From Candidatus Cloacimonadota bacterium (lineage in GTDB: Bacteria > Cloacimonadota > Cloacimonadia > JGIOTU-2): a stretch of DNA of 64,000 bases. Where the stretch lies: assembly GCA_049903315.1 (NCBI GenBank), contig JBNGBT010000003.1, forward strand, positions 170,466 to 234,465, given 5' to 3'. The translations under genes were made by a program, and so were the position numbers. This document shows positions 1 to 13,690 of the stretch, piece by piece. Under the pieces are notes generated by a model, which was not told the origin of the DNA, did no database searches, and worked only from the letters and a program-made list of their open reading frames with translations. Position 1 is the first letter of the stretch, and each line of letters opens with the position of its first letter.

Positions 1-258
1 CCAATTTCTTGTTTCCATTATTTTGCTGATCTTATAAACGTCCACACAAATGATAAAATAGAGGGGAGCATGAAAGGGATGTTTCTCTTTTTTTCTTGAG
101 AGAAGCACACTATATGCCTGGTAGGCGAATGCTGCCTGCTGACCTGCACGTGTGATGATTTCAATAATATCATCAGGCACTTCTTTGTCTTCGTATTTAC
201 GGATTGATCTGTGCTGAAGGAGCACATCGATCACTGTATTATAATTTTTATCCTTCAT
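1..258 (-). CDS. Nitroreductase family protein (NfsA/FRP-like), 3'-truncated by the window edge
   Basis: Not in the ORF track. Hand translation from ATG at 258 gives MKDKNYNTVIDVLLQHRSIRKYEDKEVPDDIIEIITRAGQQAAFAYQAYSV..., open to base 1. HRSIRKY is the FMN-binding N-terminal motif of nitroreductases. Confidence 0.8.
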   Translation of the reverse strand, partial: MKDKNYNTVIDVLLQHRSIRKYEDKEVPDDIIEIITRAGQQAAFAYQAYSVLLSRKKEKHPFHAPLYFIICVDVYKISKIMETRNW

Positions 259-288
259 ATTTTCTCACATTTTCGATATTTTATCTGC

Positions 289-1269
289 TTATTCCTCCCA
301 CAACCCGCAGTTCTTGTAATACTGTTCAGCGCCGGGGTGGAGAGGAAATCCTGTTTCTTCAAACGCATTCTTTGCTTCTATCTGTTCGATTGCTTTTTCG
401 TTGGTTGAAAGAGATTTTGTGTTTGAGAAGAGTGTTTTTGCAAGTGCAGTCACGACATCAGCAGAAAGGGAGTTGCGCACAAGAAGCACAGTATAATCAC
501 CAATTACATGAGTGTCATGGAAAAGGGATTTGTAGGTGTGTTTTTTCAGTTCATGAGTGGTTGTACCCAATTTGTGACGCATATTTTCACGAAGGTTTTT
601 TGAGCACGGTAGTATGGATATCCGGATTTGATTTTCAAGATCATTCACAATATCGGCAGGTGATGAACCCATAAATATAAATACGTCAATAGCATTTTCC
701 ACAAGATGAATTGCGCCCGTTGTATAGTTGTCAAATTCTACTTTACCTCCAAGTGAAGCAATGTCCTCATATGATGTTCCGAGTTGTAAAAGGATATTTT
801 TTGTAATATATTCGCTCACAGTACCCTGCGTCAATACACCCAGTTTAACAGGCAATTTTTTTGTGAAGATATCGTCGAGTGCAAGCAGATCATTATTTTG
901 AGCATACTCGGTGCGGACAATGCAATACAAATACTGCTTGTATAGATTGCCAATGCATGAGACATTGGTTTGGGCAGTTTCAAAAGGAGAGTATCCCTCA
1001 ATTGCAGCTTTACCCAGAACCGCTGTGGAAAATCCAAGATCAATGTCATTATCATTCAGATCAATAACATTCTTCACGCCACCACCGGGGACGGATACTG
1101 TTTTTGTAAGTGTGTTTGAATATAATTGTTCGAGCAGTTTACCGAAGGTGAACCATGTTCCTCCGGAAGGACCAGAGCCAATAACAAGTTCTTCAGGAAA
1201 TTCAACTTTTGTTTGAGTACAGCTTATTATGAGTGCAATGCCAACCAGAGTGAGAATAATTTTTTTCAT
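289..1269 (-). CDS. TAXI-family TRAP transporter solute-binding lipoprotein
   Basis: Lipobox (LIISC), IGSGPSGGTW, GGGVKNV and C-terminal FPLHPGAEQYY, all TAXI motifs. Start placed at MKKIIL (1269). Confidence 0.85.
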   Translation of the reverse strand: MKKIILTLVGIALIISCTQTKVEFPEELVIGSGPSGGTWFTFGKLLEQLYSNTLTKTVSVPGGGVKNVIDLNDNDIDLGFSTAVLGKAAIEGYSPFETAQTNVSCIGNLYKQYLYCIVRTEYAQNNDLLALDDIFTKKLPVKLGVLTQGTVSEYITKNILLQLGTSYEDIASLGGKVEFDNYTTGAIHLVENAIDVFIFMGSSPADIVNDLENQIRISILPCSKNLRENMRHKLGTTTHELKKHTYKSLFHDTHVIGDYTVLLVRNSLSADVVTALAKTLFSNTKSLSTNEKAIEQIEAKNAFEETGFPLHPGAEQYYKNCGLWEE

Positions 1270-1377
1270 GCAAAGTTCCTTCATTATTCATTTTTATTTT
1301 TTTTCATATTTTGTTAAGTAAAACAAATATTATAAAATACTGCTATGATCACTAGGAACCCTTGGGGGCATGAAATT

Positions 1378-5488
<4,111 letters not shown>

Positions 5489-5489
<1 letters not shown>

Positions 5490-6781
5490 TATTCACCTCC
5501 CTTAGTTCCAAGTGCCATTGAAACGATTTTTGTCATATGTGTTTCCGGACCATACACTTCTGTCGGAATACCGATTCTTTTACCCATATCTTTCATGTTT
5601 TTAAGACCTTCTTTATAATTTGGTCCACCTCTTCTCACATAGATTTTTACATTGGTGTCTTTTAGTTTGTCTTTATATTCTTCGATTGCCTGGATAATTC
5701 CAGTAAATGTTTTTGCAATATCAGTAAAGTTAGCAATGCCACCACCAATGATCAAAAACTTAGGACGTCCCTGAGGATCCTTTTTTCGAGTCATCAGATC
5801 AAGAACTGTTTTTGTGTATCCGTAAGTGAGTTCTGTGGATGGATTTCCACTATATTCTCCATAATTTGCAAGTTCATTTGTAAATCCGAGATCTACTACT
5901 GTATCAGCATAAATTACAGATGCTCCACCACCGGCCACCAGGTTCCAAATTCTTCCTTCAGGATTTAGAACTGTAAGTTTCAGCGATGCGCCTGTTCTTT
6001 CATCAAGTTCATCTACTTTCTCTTCTTCAGGAGATTTTTCAAGGCCAAATGGGCTTGGGAATTTTAGATCTCCCCACATTTCTGCGCATTGGAATGATGC
6101 ATAATCATCAATTTTTGCTACAGCATCCAGTGCTACAGGTGTTCCGTTCACAAACGTGAAGGGATTCAATTCCAGATAAACAAAATGATACTCAACTACC
6201 ATTTTATAAAGAGCTTTAATAAACTCAGCAATGATATCGGATTTTTTCCCAAGCTCTTTTGGTAAAAAATCTTTCACGTCAAGCTCATCAATTTCTGCAA
6301 ATAATGGGACATCCATTGTTACTACAGAATCCCAAACCTCTTCTATATTAACACCACCTTTTGTTGAGAAGTGAATTGTGTCACTCTCTCTTTTGGTGGT
6401 AATTGCTATGTAATATTCATCATCATGAGGGACGAACTTTTCTACGAGAAAGTAATTTAATTCCCCTGTTGTTGTACCTGTTGTTTGAGTTATAGTAACA
6501 GTTTTATTCATACGTTCATTTATCCAGTCCTTTACGTCAGACCAGGATTTATTCACAAATAAAAGATTGTTCAATCCTCTTTTTCCAAATAGCTGATCCG
6601 GCTTTACAACCAGTTTTTCGTCTTTTAGCCAGGAATTTTCTTCCTCTAATTTTTTCAGATCAGTATTTGCTCCGATCAAAACCTGTTTCGTATCAAATTT
6701 GATCTTTCCATCAGAAAATTTTGGTAACGCCTGAGACATCATTCTTTTAGCGTCATATTCTCGAATACCTTTTTGTGCCAT
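5489..6781 (-). CDS. aclB: ATP-citrate lyase, beta (ATP-grasp / citrate-binding) subunit
   Basis: MAQKGIREYDAK, VVKPDQLFGKRG, AGGGASVIYAD, NYGEYSGNP, IGGGIANFT, VRRGGPNY. TAATG overlap with aclA. Confidence 0.93.
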
Positions 6782-6808
6782 ATTATATCCTCTCTATAAT
6801 TGCCTATT

Positions 6809-8770
6809 TTATTCTTTAATGTTAGTCTGCTTTTTTTTTATTAATGCAAGGGTTCCACCTGCAAGCAGAATTTCTTTTTGTCGATCAGACAGATCATACG
6901 TTGTTTCAAACTCTGTTCCTTTTGATACGTTCTTAACAATTATGTTCTTACCTTCTCGTAATGTTTCTTTTATATTTGGAATTTCAAGTTCATCCGCTTG
7001 TTCTATTTCATTGTAATCATCTTCATTTTTGAAATTTAACGGAAGTATGCCAAAATTGATGAGGTTTGCATTGTGAATTCTTTCCATAGACTTTGCAATA
7101 ACAGCTTTCACTCCCATATACATCGGGCAAAGTGCGGCATGTTCACGGCTGCTTCCCTGACCATATGAAAGTCCTGCAACAATAATATTATCTTTTCCGT
7201 TTTCTTTGATTTCTTGTGCGCGATCATGAAATGTAGGATCAACTACTTCAAACAAAAATTCAGAATATTTTGGGATGTTTGATCGATACTTCATTTTCGA
7301 CCCGGCAGGTATTATGTGATCTGTTGTGATCAGGTCTCCTACTTTCAAAGTTACAACACCGGATATTTTATCTTTAAGTGGTTCTGCTGCTGGAGGATCG
7401 CCAATATTTGGGCCACGATAAATCCCCATCTCTCCCTTAATTGATTCAGGGAAAATGAACATGGAGTCATCAATATAAAATTTGTCCGGCATTTTAATTC
7501 TAGGATATTCAATTTCTATTTTCTCAAGATCTCTCGGGTCTGTAAATTTGCCTGTAATTACAGCGGCTGCTGCAGTTTCAGGACTCACCAGATATACATC
7601 TGCAGATTTTGTTCCTGATCTTCCAAAGAAGTTTCTGTTACTTGTTCTAAGTGATACTGCGCCTGTTTTAGGAGATTGACTGTTACCAATACAGAAACCA
7701 CACGCAGATTCTGCGATTCTTGCGCCTGCCGAAACAATGCTTTCAAAACCACCATCATGTATGATATTTTCAATTACCTGTTTTGAACCGGGTGCTACTA
7801 CAAAGCTTGTATCTTTACTTAGTTTTTGATCCTTTAAGATATTTGCTACAGTCATCATATCTTTGTAAGAAGAATTAGTACAACTTCCTATACAGACTTG
7901 ATCAACATTAATCTCACCGATATCTTTTACAGTGCTGATATTTCCGGGACTATGTGGAGTTGCTGCCATTGGAACAAGCTCGGAAAGATCTATATCAACA
8001 ACTTTATCATATTCTGCATCATCATCAGCGACTAGTTCCAGCCAGTCATCTTCACGGTCTTGGGCTTTTAAGAATTCTTTTGTGACTTCATCACTCGGGA
8101 AAATTGATGTTGTTACTCCGCATTCAGCCCCCATGTTTGTGATCGTCGCTCTTTCGGGAACGGATAGTGTGCTTACTCCAGGTCCACCATATTCAAATAT
8201 ACAACCCACATTTCCTTTAGTTGTAAATATTTCAAGAACTTTTAGTATTATATCTTTTGCTGCAATCCAAGGATTTAGTTTTCCCATTAAATTTATTTTT
8301 ATAATCTTTGGATAAGTTATATAGAATGGACCGCCAGCCATTGCCACTGCCACATCAAGACCTCCGGCACCGATTGCCATCATTCCGATCCCACCTCCGG
8401 TCGGAGTATGCGAATCTGAACCAAGAAGAGTTTTGCCAGGTTTGCCAAATCTTTCAAGCTGAACCTGGTGGCAGATTCCGTTCCCAGCCCTGGAATAAAC
8501 GATTCCATATTTTGCTGCAACAGATTGAAGGTATTTATGATCATCTGCATTTTCAAAACCGATTTGAACAGTGTTATGATCAACATAACTTACAGAAAGA
8601 TCGGTTTTCACTTTTGGAACACCCATCGCTTCAAATTGCAAATAAGCCATAGTACCGGTAGCATCTTGTGTAAGTGTTTGATCGATCCTGATACCTATTT
8701 CAGTACCTTTTTCTGGCTTTCCTTCGATAATGTGATTTGATAAGATTTTTTCTACTATGTTTTTTCCCAT
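6809..8770 (-). CDS. acn: Aconitate hydratase (~650 aa type)
   Basis: TQDATGTMA, GICHQV, GSDSHT, IGSCTN, ACGFCIG, TSNRNF, TTDHI, GSSREHAA; three Fe-S cysteines present. Confidence 0.92.
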   Translation of the reverse strand: MGKNIVEKILSNHIIEGKPEKGTEIGIRIDQTLTQDATGTMAYLQFEAMGVPKVKTDLSVSYVDHNTVQIGFENADDHKYLQSVAAKYGIVYSRAGNGICHQVQLERFGKPGKTLLGSDSHTPTGGGIGMMAIGAGGLDVAVAMAGGPFYITYPKIIKINLMGKLNPWIAAKDIILKVLEIFTTKGNVGCIFEYGGPGVSTLSVPERATITNMGAECGVTTSIFPSDEVTKEFLKAQDREDDWLELVADDDAEYDKVVDIDLSELVPMAATPHSPGNISTVKDIGEINVDQVCIGSCTNSSYKDMMTVANILKDQKLSKDTSFVVAPGSKQVIENIIHDGGFESIVSAGARIAESACGFCIGNSQSPKTGAVSLRTSNRNFFGRSGTKSADVYLVSPETAAAAVITGKFTDPRDLEKIEIEYPRIKMPDKFYIDDSMFIFPESIKGEMGIYRGPNIGDPPAAEPLKDKISGVVTLKVGDLITTDHIIPAGSKMKYRSNIPKYSEFLFEVVDPTFHDRAQEIKENGKDNIIVAGLSYGQGSSREHAALCPMYMGVKAVIAKSMERIHNANLINFGILPLNFKNEDDYNEIEQADELEIPNIKETLREGKNIIVKNVSKGTEFETTYDLSDRQKEILLAGGTLALIKKKQTNIKE

Positions 8771-9045
8771 ACAAAAACCCCTTTGGGGAGTAAATTTTTA
8801 ATTAGTTATTTTATAATTTCACTTTAATGTAATAGTTTGATTGAATGTAGTTTCGTTTAGCATCTATTATATTGCAGACCATAAAAAGTCTATGTGTATT
8901 ATTTTCCATAGTTTTTCGGGCTGATGTTGAATCAACCACTACAGTTAATAATTCTGTTTCTATCATTTATATCTCCGCAATAATAATAGCGCTAAAACTT
9001 GGTCACAAAATTTAGTGTCAATAATTTTATGTGTACTTATCTAAT

Positions 9046-9717
9046 TTATTGTTTTTTATTAATTTTTACAACATTTCGTAAAATATACACAAATATAAAA
9101 ATTCCGATTGCATTCCCGAGCACCATCGGCAGTATGATCTCTTTCACAAGCGCAATAGAATTTGCATAAGGTTTTGAGAGGAGCAGTATGAGGATCATAT
9201 GGAAAAGCTCAAGGCATACAACAACTGTTATTGCCATCCAGTAGGACAGGGATTTTTTAAAGGATTTAGAAACAAACCCCGCGATAACTCCTGCGAGAAG
9301 AGTTGCAAGAGAGCAGGGAAGTTGAGTAAAACCCCCTAAAAGAAAACGGTGCAATCCAGCCAGGAATCCTGTGATAATGCCAATGATAGGTCCACCGATA
9401 AAGCCCGCAATAAAGGGAGCTGTATCGCGGATATTCGATATTGCTCCAACAACCGGAATCCCTAGAGTCGTGCCATAGATGCCAATAATTACAAAGAGGA
9501 TTATTGTTCTTGCCGAATCCCAGGCAGTTGCTTTTTCTAAAAATACATTTTTAAAGGTTTCACTTTTACTGAAGAGGAAGAATATAAACATTACAAGCAG
9601 ACTTTCCTGTAGTAGACTATACACAGATTTCAGGATCGCTACGCTTTTTACTGGCGCAGCATTGAGCGTCGTCGCGCACATAATGAGCAAGAATAAAACA
9701 AAGATTAGTTTTCTCAT
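9046..9717 (-). CDS. Stand-alone LytS/YhcK-type 5TM receptor (5TM-5TMR_LYT) membrane protein
   Basis: GAISNIRD, GFIGGPIIG, AGLHRFLLGGFT, ELFHMILILLLSKPY and IILPMVLGN match the LytS membrane domain. The ORF ends with no cytoplasmic output domain. Confidence 0.8.
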   Translation of the reverse strand: MRKLIFVLFLLIMCATTLNAAPVKSVAILKSVYSLLQESLLVMFIFFLFSKSETFKNVFLEKATAWDSARTIILFVIIGIYGTTLGIPVVGAISNIRDTAPFIAGFIGGPIIGIITGFLAGLHRFLLGGFTQLPCSLATLLAGVIAGFVSKSFKKSLSYWMAITVVVCLELFHMILILLLSKPYANSIALVKEIILPMVLGNAIGIFIFVYILRNVVKINKKQ

Positions 9718-9728
9718 TTCGGACCTTT

Positions 9729-10937
9729 CTATTTGCTGTTTATTGAATGATTTTCTTCATAGAATGTTAGATTTGATGTCCACTCATAAGACCCATCCAT
9801 TTCTTCTATTTTCCAGAAATCGTAGTTGCCGAATTTTCTATCTCCGGCTTTGTTCAGCGCAGTCCAGCCGGTGCATCCATAATATGAATTTGCAGTGTGT
9901 ATAAAGGCATTTGCGAGTTCTTTAGGCTTACCTTCTTTTGCTACAATATTGGATAATGCAGCCAGCCAGCATGCATCATAAGCTGCTAACACATAGGATG
10001 AGGGTGTTTCATTATATTTGTTTGTGATTTGCAGATCAATAAAATGCGCTTTCTCAGTCTTATCAGGACTATACATCGGGCAGAGAAAATCTACAGCGAT
10101 AGTTGCCTGAACTGCGATTGGGTTTTTTACAATCAAATCGTTTATGGCTGTTCCATCGCTTCCAAACCATCGCACACTCATAAGATTTGGATAATATGAA
10201 AGTGCTGTAAAAACAGGAACTGCTTCATCAAAAGCAAGGAAATATATACATAGTTCATTTGGCGAGTATGTTTTTAATGAATTTTTGACCAGATCGTCCA
10301 GCCGGCTTAAGTATTTATCAAAATTTACAGAAAGAGGATCAAAAGCAATACCTTCCACAAACTGAATCGGAGAAGTGCCGAGATATTCATCCATTGCATT
10401 AATGAGTCCCCTACCCCATGCATCATCCCGCCAAAATGGGAGCACTGCCTTATACTCCATGTTCTTCATATATGTTGCTATTGCAATTGCCTGGTGATTA
10501 TCATCAGGAATCAAGCGGAAGATAAAATCATTTTCAACTGCAAGGTCTGGAGCTGTGCTCTCTGTACTGATGACGATCATATCGTTCTCGTCCACAAAGG
10601 GTTTGATGGCGGAGAGTTCCGAACTTGCCTGAACACCGATTATTGTTTTTATCCCTTTTGAATGCATCAACTTTGCCTTGCGCAATGCAACTATTGGATC
10701 TGTTTGAGTATCTTGAAATTCAATATGAAAGGAATAGGATTTTCCTATGCAAGTTAGATAAGAGTTGATGTCCTTTTCGGCAATTTCGCATCCTACCTGT
10801 GCCGATTTTCCGAAGGAAGCAAGGTCTCCCGAGAGTGACAGAAACGCTGCGATAGTAATATCTTTTTCAGTAGAACATCCTGCAATAATAAGCAGGACTA
10901 AAATAAAGCTTAACGCAAAAAAAGTAATTTTTTTCAT
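9729..10937 (-). CDS. Periplasmic-binding-protein type 1 lipoprotein (branched-chain amino acid/ANF-receptor-like SBP)
   Basis: Lipobox IIAGC; LSLSGDLASFG, STAPDL, FIFRLIPDD, AYDA, GWTALNKAGDR. Confidence 0.8.
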   Translation of the reverse strand: MKKITFFALSFILVLLIIAGCSTEKDITIAAFLSLSGDLASFGKSAQVGCEIAEKDINSYLTCIGKSYSFHIEFQDTQTDPIVALRKAKLMHSKGIKTIIGVQASSELSAIKPFVDENDMIVISTESTAPDLAVENDFIFRLIPDDNHQAIAIATYMKNMEYKAVLPFWRDDAWGRGLINAMDEYLGTSPIQFVEGIAFDPLSVNFDKYLSRLDDLVKNSLKTYSPNELCIYFLAFDEAVPVFTALSYYPNLMSVRWFGSDGTAINDLIVKNPIAVQATIAVDFLCPMYSPDKTEKAHFIDLQITNKYNETPSSYVLAAYDACWLAALSNIVAKEGKPKELANAFIHTANSYYGCTGWTALNKAGDRKFGNYDFWKIEEMDGSYEWTSNLTFYEENHSINSK

Positions 10938-10959
10938 ATTAGTCCTTTCAATGATTTGA

Positions 10960-11292
10960 TTATTTTAGTTCCTCAATCGCCTCATCGATTGTATTAAAGA
11001 TCGGAAAATCAGAATGGAAGTCAACAAGTTCAAGTATATGAAGAATATCATCATTCACTCTGCAGAGCGCGATTACACCATTGCTGTTCAGTTCGCGAAG
11101 AGCATAGTAAAAGGCACGGATACCCGAACTGCTTATATACTCAAGTTTTGAGCAATCAACAAGGATAGTATACTCTCCGTTAAGTATGTGTTTTATCAGA
11201 GTGTCTTGAAAATCCTTTGATGTGAATGAATCGATTTTTCCGTCAACACTGATGATGCGTATATTCTTTTCCTTATTTGTCGTGATATGCAT
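10960..11292 (-). CDS. STAS-domain anti-sigma factor antagonist (RsbV/SpoIIAA-like)
   Basis: VDCSKLEYISSSGIR phospho-Ser motif; 110 aa from ATG 11292, with GGAG upstream. Confidence 0.88.
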   Translation of the reverse strand: MHITTNKEKNIRIISVDGKIDSFTSKDFQDTLIKHILNGEYTILVDCSKLEYISSSGIRAFYYALRELNSNGVIALCRVNDDILHILELVDFHSDFPIFNTIDEAIEELK

Positions 11293-11296
11293 AAAA

Positions 11297-13369
11297 TTAC
11301 TCCTCTCTATTATTGGCGAAATACTGGATAGCAAGCATTGTGATATCATCGGACTGTGGTGTCCCTTCGGCAAATTTATGAACCTCTTTTATTATCATTT
11401 TTAGAATTTCATTGGGTGCTGCATGAGATTGTGTTCGTAAAGTTTTTTCTAATTTATTTTCCCCAAACAGTTCATCCTTTGTATTTGCTGCTTCGGTAAT
11501 GCCGTCTGTGTACAGGAATATACTTTGATGGTCTGACAATGTCAGGTTTTCTGAAGTATATTCAACCTTTCTCCTTAGTCCAAGTGGTGTTTTATGAGGA
11601 AGTTCAATCAATTCTATTTGATCTTCTTTGAGCAAATATGGAAGATTGTGTCCTGCACTCGTGAGTGAAATATGGCCATTTTTCACGTTAAGAATCCCAA
11701 GTAGAAGCGTGACAAACATGCAATGCTCATTATCCCTGTAGAGTTCTGTGTTCACTTCAGATATTATTTCAGAAGGAGACGGGATGCCGGATTGTTCCCT
11801 TTTGAGCAACATGCTGGTGGCACGTATCAGACTTTTACTTCGAGCCATGAAAAGAGCTGCAGGCACTCCTTTGTCTGATACATCTCCTATCAAAAAGCAT
11901 AAGTGATCATCGTCGATAAAGAAGAAATCATAGAGATCACCACCAACTTCTTTTGCAGGTTCGAGTAGTGCGTAAATATCAATCTCATTTCTGTCCGGAA
12001 AAGCGGGAAAGGCCTGAGGTAGCATGCTCATCTGAATTTCATGAGCTATGCGGAGTTCGCTTCGGATTTTCTCGTTAGCCGCAGTGGTGAGTTTGAGATC
12101 GGTAATATATTGCTGCAGAGTTCTTTCCATGTTGATAAAAGTTCCTGCAAGATGTCCCATTTCATCATGGGAGCTTCTCGTGAGATGAGTTAACTCGGCG
12201 GAATCAGTTATACCAAAATTGTTTTCCGTAAGTTGCCGTGCGTGTGCAGTAAGGGTTTTCACCGGTTTTGTGAAACGGTGAACTATAAAGAAAGTAACCA
12301 TACTTGCTATAAGTAAAGCGGCTAATGTAATAAGGAGTTCTCTGTGAAAGATACGTCGCGAAGGCTCCTTCATTTCATCGATATAGAATGCAGATGCGAT
12401 ATACCAATAAAGTGGTTCAAAATAATCTACATATGCGATTTTTTTGAATTTTTCAGTTCCTTCGTACCCGGGTTTATTCCACAAATATATGTAGGGTTTA
12501 TCCGGATTTTTTGATGCTTTAACAAGATGTTCCCAGTGGTCAATTCCCATTCCTGGCTCATCCACATCTGCAAAATCAACCCCTTCCATTGTAGGATGGA
12601 CAAGAACGATATGGTTCTTATTAAAAATGAAAAAATAACCATTCTCACCGATACGGATCTTTGAAAAGGTTTTTCGAAATTCGCTCAGAATTTCTTCAAG
12701 TTTGTTTTCAATATCCCTGTCAATATCATCGATATAAACTCCCGTTCCGACTATCCAATTCCATGGCTTGAAATAGGAATTGTAGGATAGTTTTTCAACT
12801 GGTTTTGTTTCATCGAGACGGATATACCAAAAAGACTCAAAACAACTCCCTGTTTTATACACATTATCCTTGATCATCTTAAGCGGATAGTTACCTTTCA
12901 TATCCTGGTATTCTGTCATATTAGTGCCTTTAATATTTGGATCGGGATGTGAAATTGCGACAAGATCTGTATTATAAATGTAAAAATAATCATTATTCCC
13001 ATAGCGGAAATTTTCAACACTTCCCAAAGCAAATGCCTTTGCATCCTGCTCAGAAAGTATCCCCTTTTTATAAAGATTGTGGTAATATTCTATGTCTGAA
13101 ATAACAAGCCCGGTGACGTTCTTGAGTTGCTCTTTGTATCGGTTTAAGGCATACTCTTTATGAAAAAGCAAGCTGCGATATTCATTTTCAACATACAATT
13201 TGATGAGCTTCCGCATATCATGAACTGAACCAGTAATAGTATTCCACATGATTTTCTCGACTTCATACTGAGTGAGAAGCATAAATGCAACTGTTGTGCA
13301 AACAAGTATGACAAGAATGAGAAGGAGCATCTTTGTGGTAAAAGAAAGGGAGTGCAATGATATTTTCAT
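11297..13369 (-). CDS. Membrane PP2C/SpoIIE-type phosphatase with tandem Cache sensor domains and HAMP
   Basis: TM, two Cache-like repeats (FRYGNNDYFYI...WIVGTGVYIDD; IGENGYFFI), TM, HAMP (DEMGHLA), and PP2C motifs EVGGDLYD, GDVSDKG, YTDGITEA, DDITM. Confidence 0.9.
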   Translation of the reverse strand: MKISLHSLSFTTKMLLLILVILVCTTVAFMLLTQYEVEKIMWNTITGSVHDMRKLIKLYVENEYRSLLFHKEYALNRYKEQLKNVTGLVISDIEYYHNLYKKGILSEQDAKAFALGSVENFRYGNNDYFYIYNTDLVAISHPDPNIKGTNMTEYQDMKGNYPLKMIKDNVYKTGSCFESFWYIRLDETKPVEKLSYNSYFKPWNWIVGTGVYIDDIDRDIENKLEEILSEFRKTFSKIRIGENGYFFIFNKNHIVLVHPTMEGVDFADVDEPGMGIDHWEHLVKASKNPDKPYIYLWNKPGYEGTEKFKKIAYVDYFEPLYWYIASAFYIDEMKEPSRRIFHRELLITLAALLIASMVTFFIVHRFTKPVKTLTAHARQLTENNFGITDSAELTHLTRSSHDEMGHLAGTFINMERTLQQYITDLKLTTAANEKIRSELRIAHEIQMSMLPQAFPAFPDRNEIDIYALLEPAKEVGGDLYDFFFIDDDHLCFLIGDVSDKGVPAALFMARSKSLIRATSMLLKREQSGIPSPSEIISEVNTELYRDNEHCMFVTLLLGILNVKNGHISLTSAGHNLPYLLKEDQIELIELPHKTPLGLRRKVEYTSENLTLSDHQSIFLYTDGITEAANTKDELFGENKLEKTLRTQSHAAPNEILKMIIKEVHKFAEGTPQSDDITMLAIQYFANNREE

Positions 13370-13443
13370 TCTATCTTACAATCCTTATGCCGTTGTTCGA
13401 TTGATTTCATTCATTAAGCTTTCCTGCTATAAGAATGTTGTAG

Positions 13444-13466
13444 TGTCAAGAATAATTTAATTGACA
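13444..13466. promoter_or_regulatory. Back-to-back TTGACA (-35-like) boxes for divergent genes
   Basis: TGTCAA at 13444-13449 faces the PP2C operon; TTGACA at 13461-13466 faces the small ORF. Confidence 0.5.
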
Positions 13467-13504
13467 GAAATTATTTATTTGTGCAATGCCATGTTAAGGT
13501 AACA

Positions 13505-13678
13505 ATGGGCAAAGAAAGAGATGAGCTTATAAGAAGACTTGGCGGAAAACCAATCAGTGAATTGAATCTTACCGATGAAGACATCGAACGTCTGGCACGA
13601 GAGAGCTATAAAAAAAGAGGGGAGATCCCACCCGATATACGCCAATTGATAGAAGAATGGATAAAATGGAAGGATTGA
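13505..13678 (+). CDS. Small charged hypothetical protein (57 aa)
   Basis: ATG at 13505 after AAGGT, with TTGACA at 13461-13466. Fills the gap between two minus-strand genes. No recognised domain. Confidence 0.55.
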   Translation: MGKERDELIRRLGGKPISELNLTDEDIERLARESYKKRGEIPPDIRQLIEEWIKWKD

Positions 13679-13690
13679 ACGGAGCTTATT

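Noticed and set aside
18-227. 69-aa minus-strand ORF in the track
   Set aside because: Wrong frame. The real gene is the nitroreductase starting at 258 that runs off the window.
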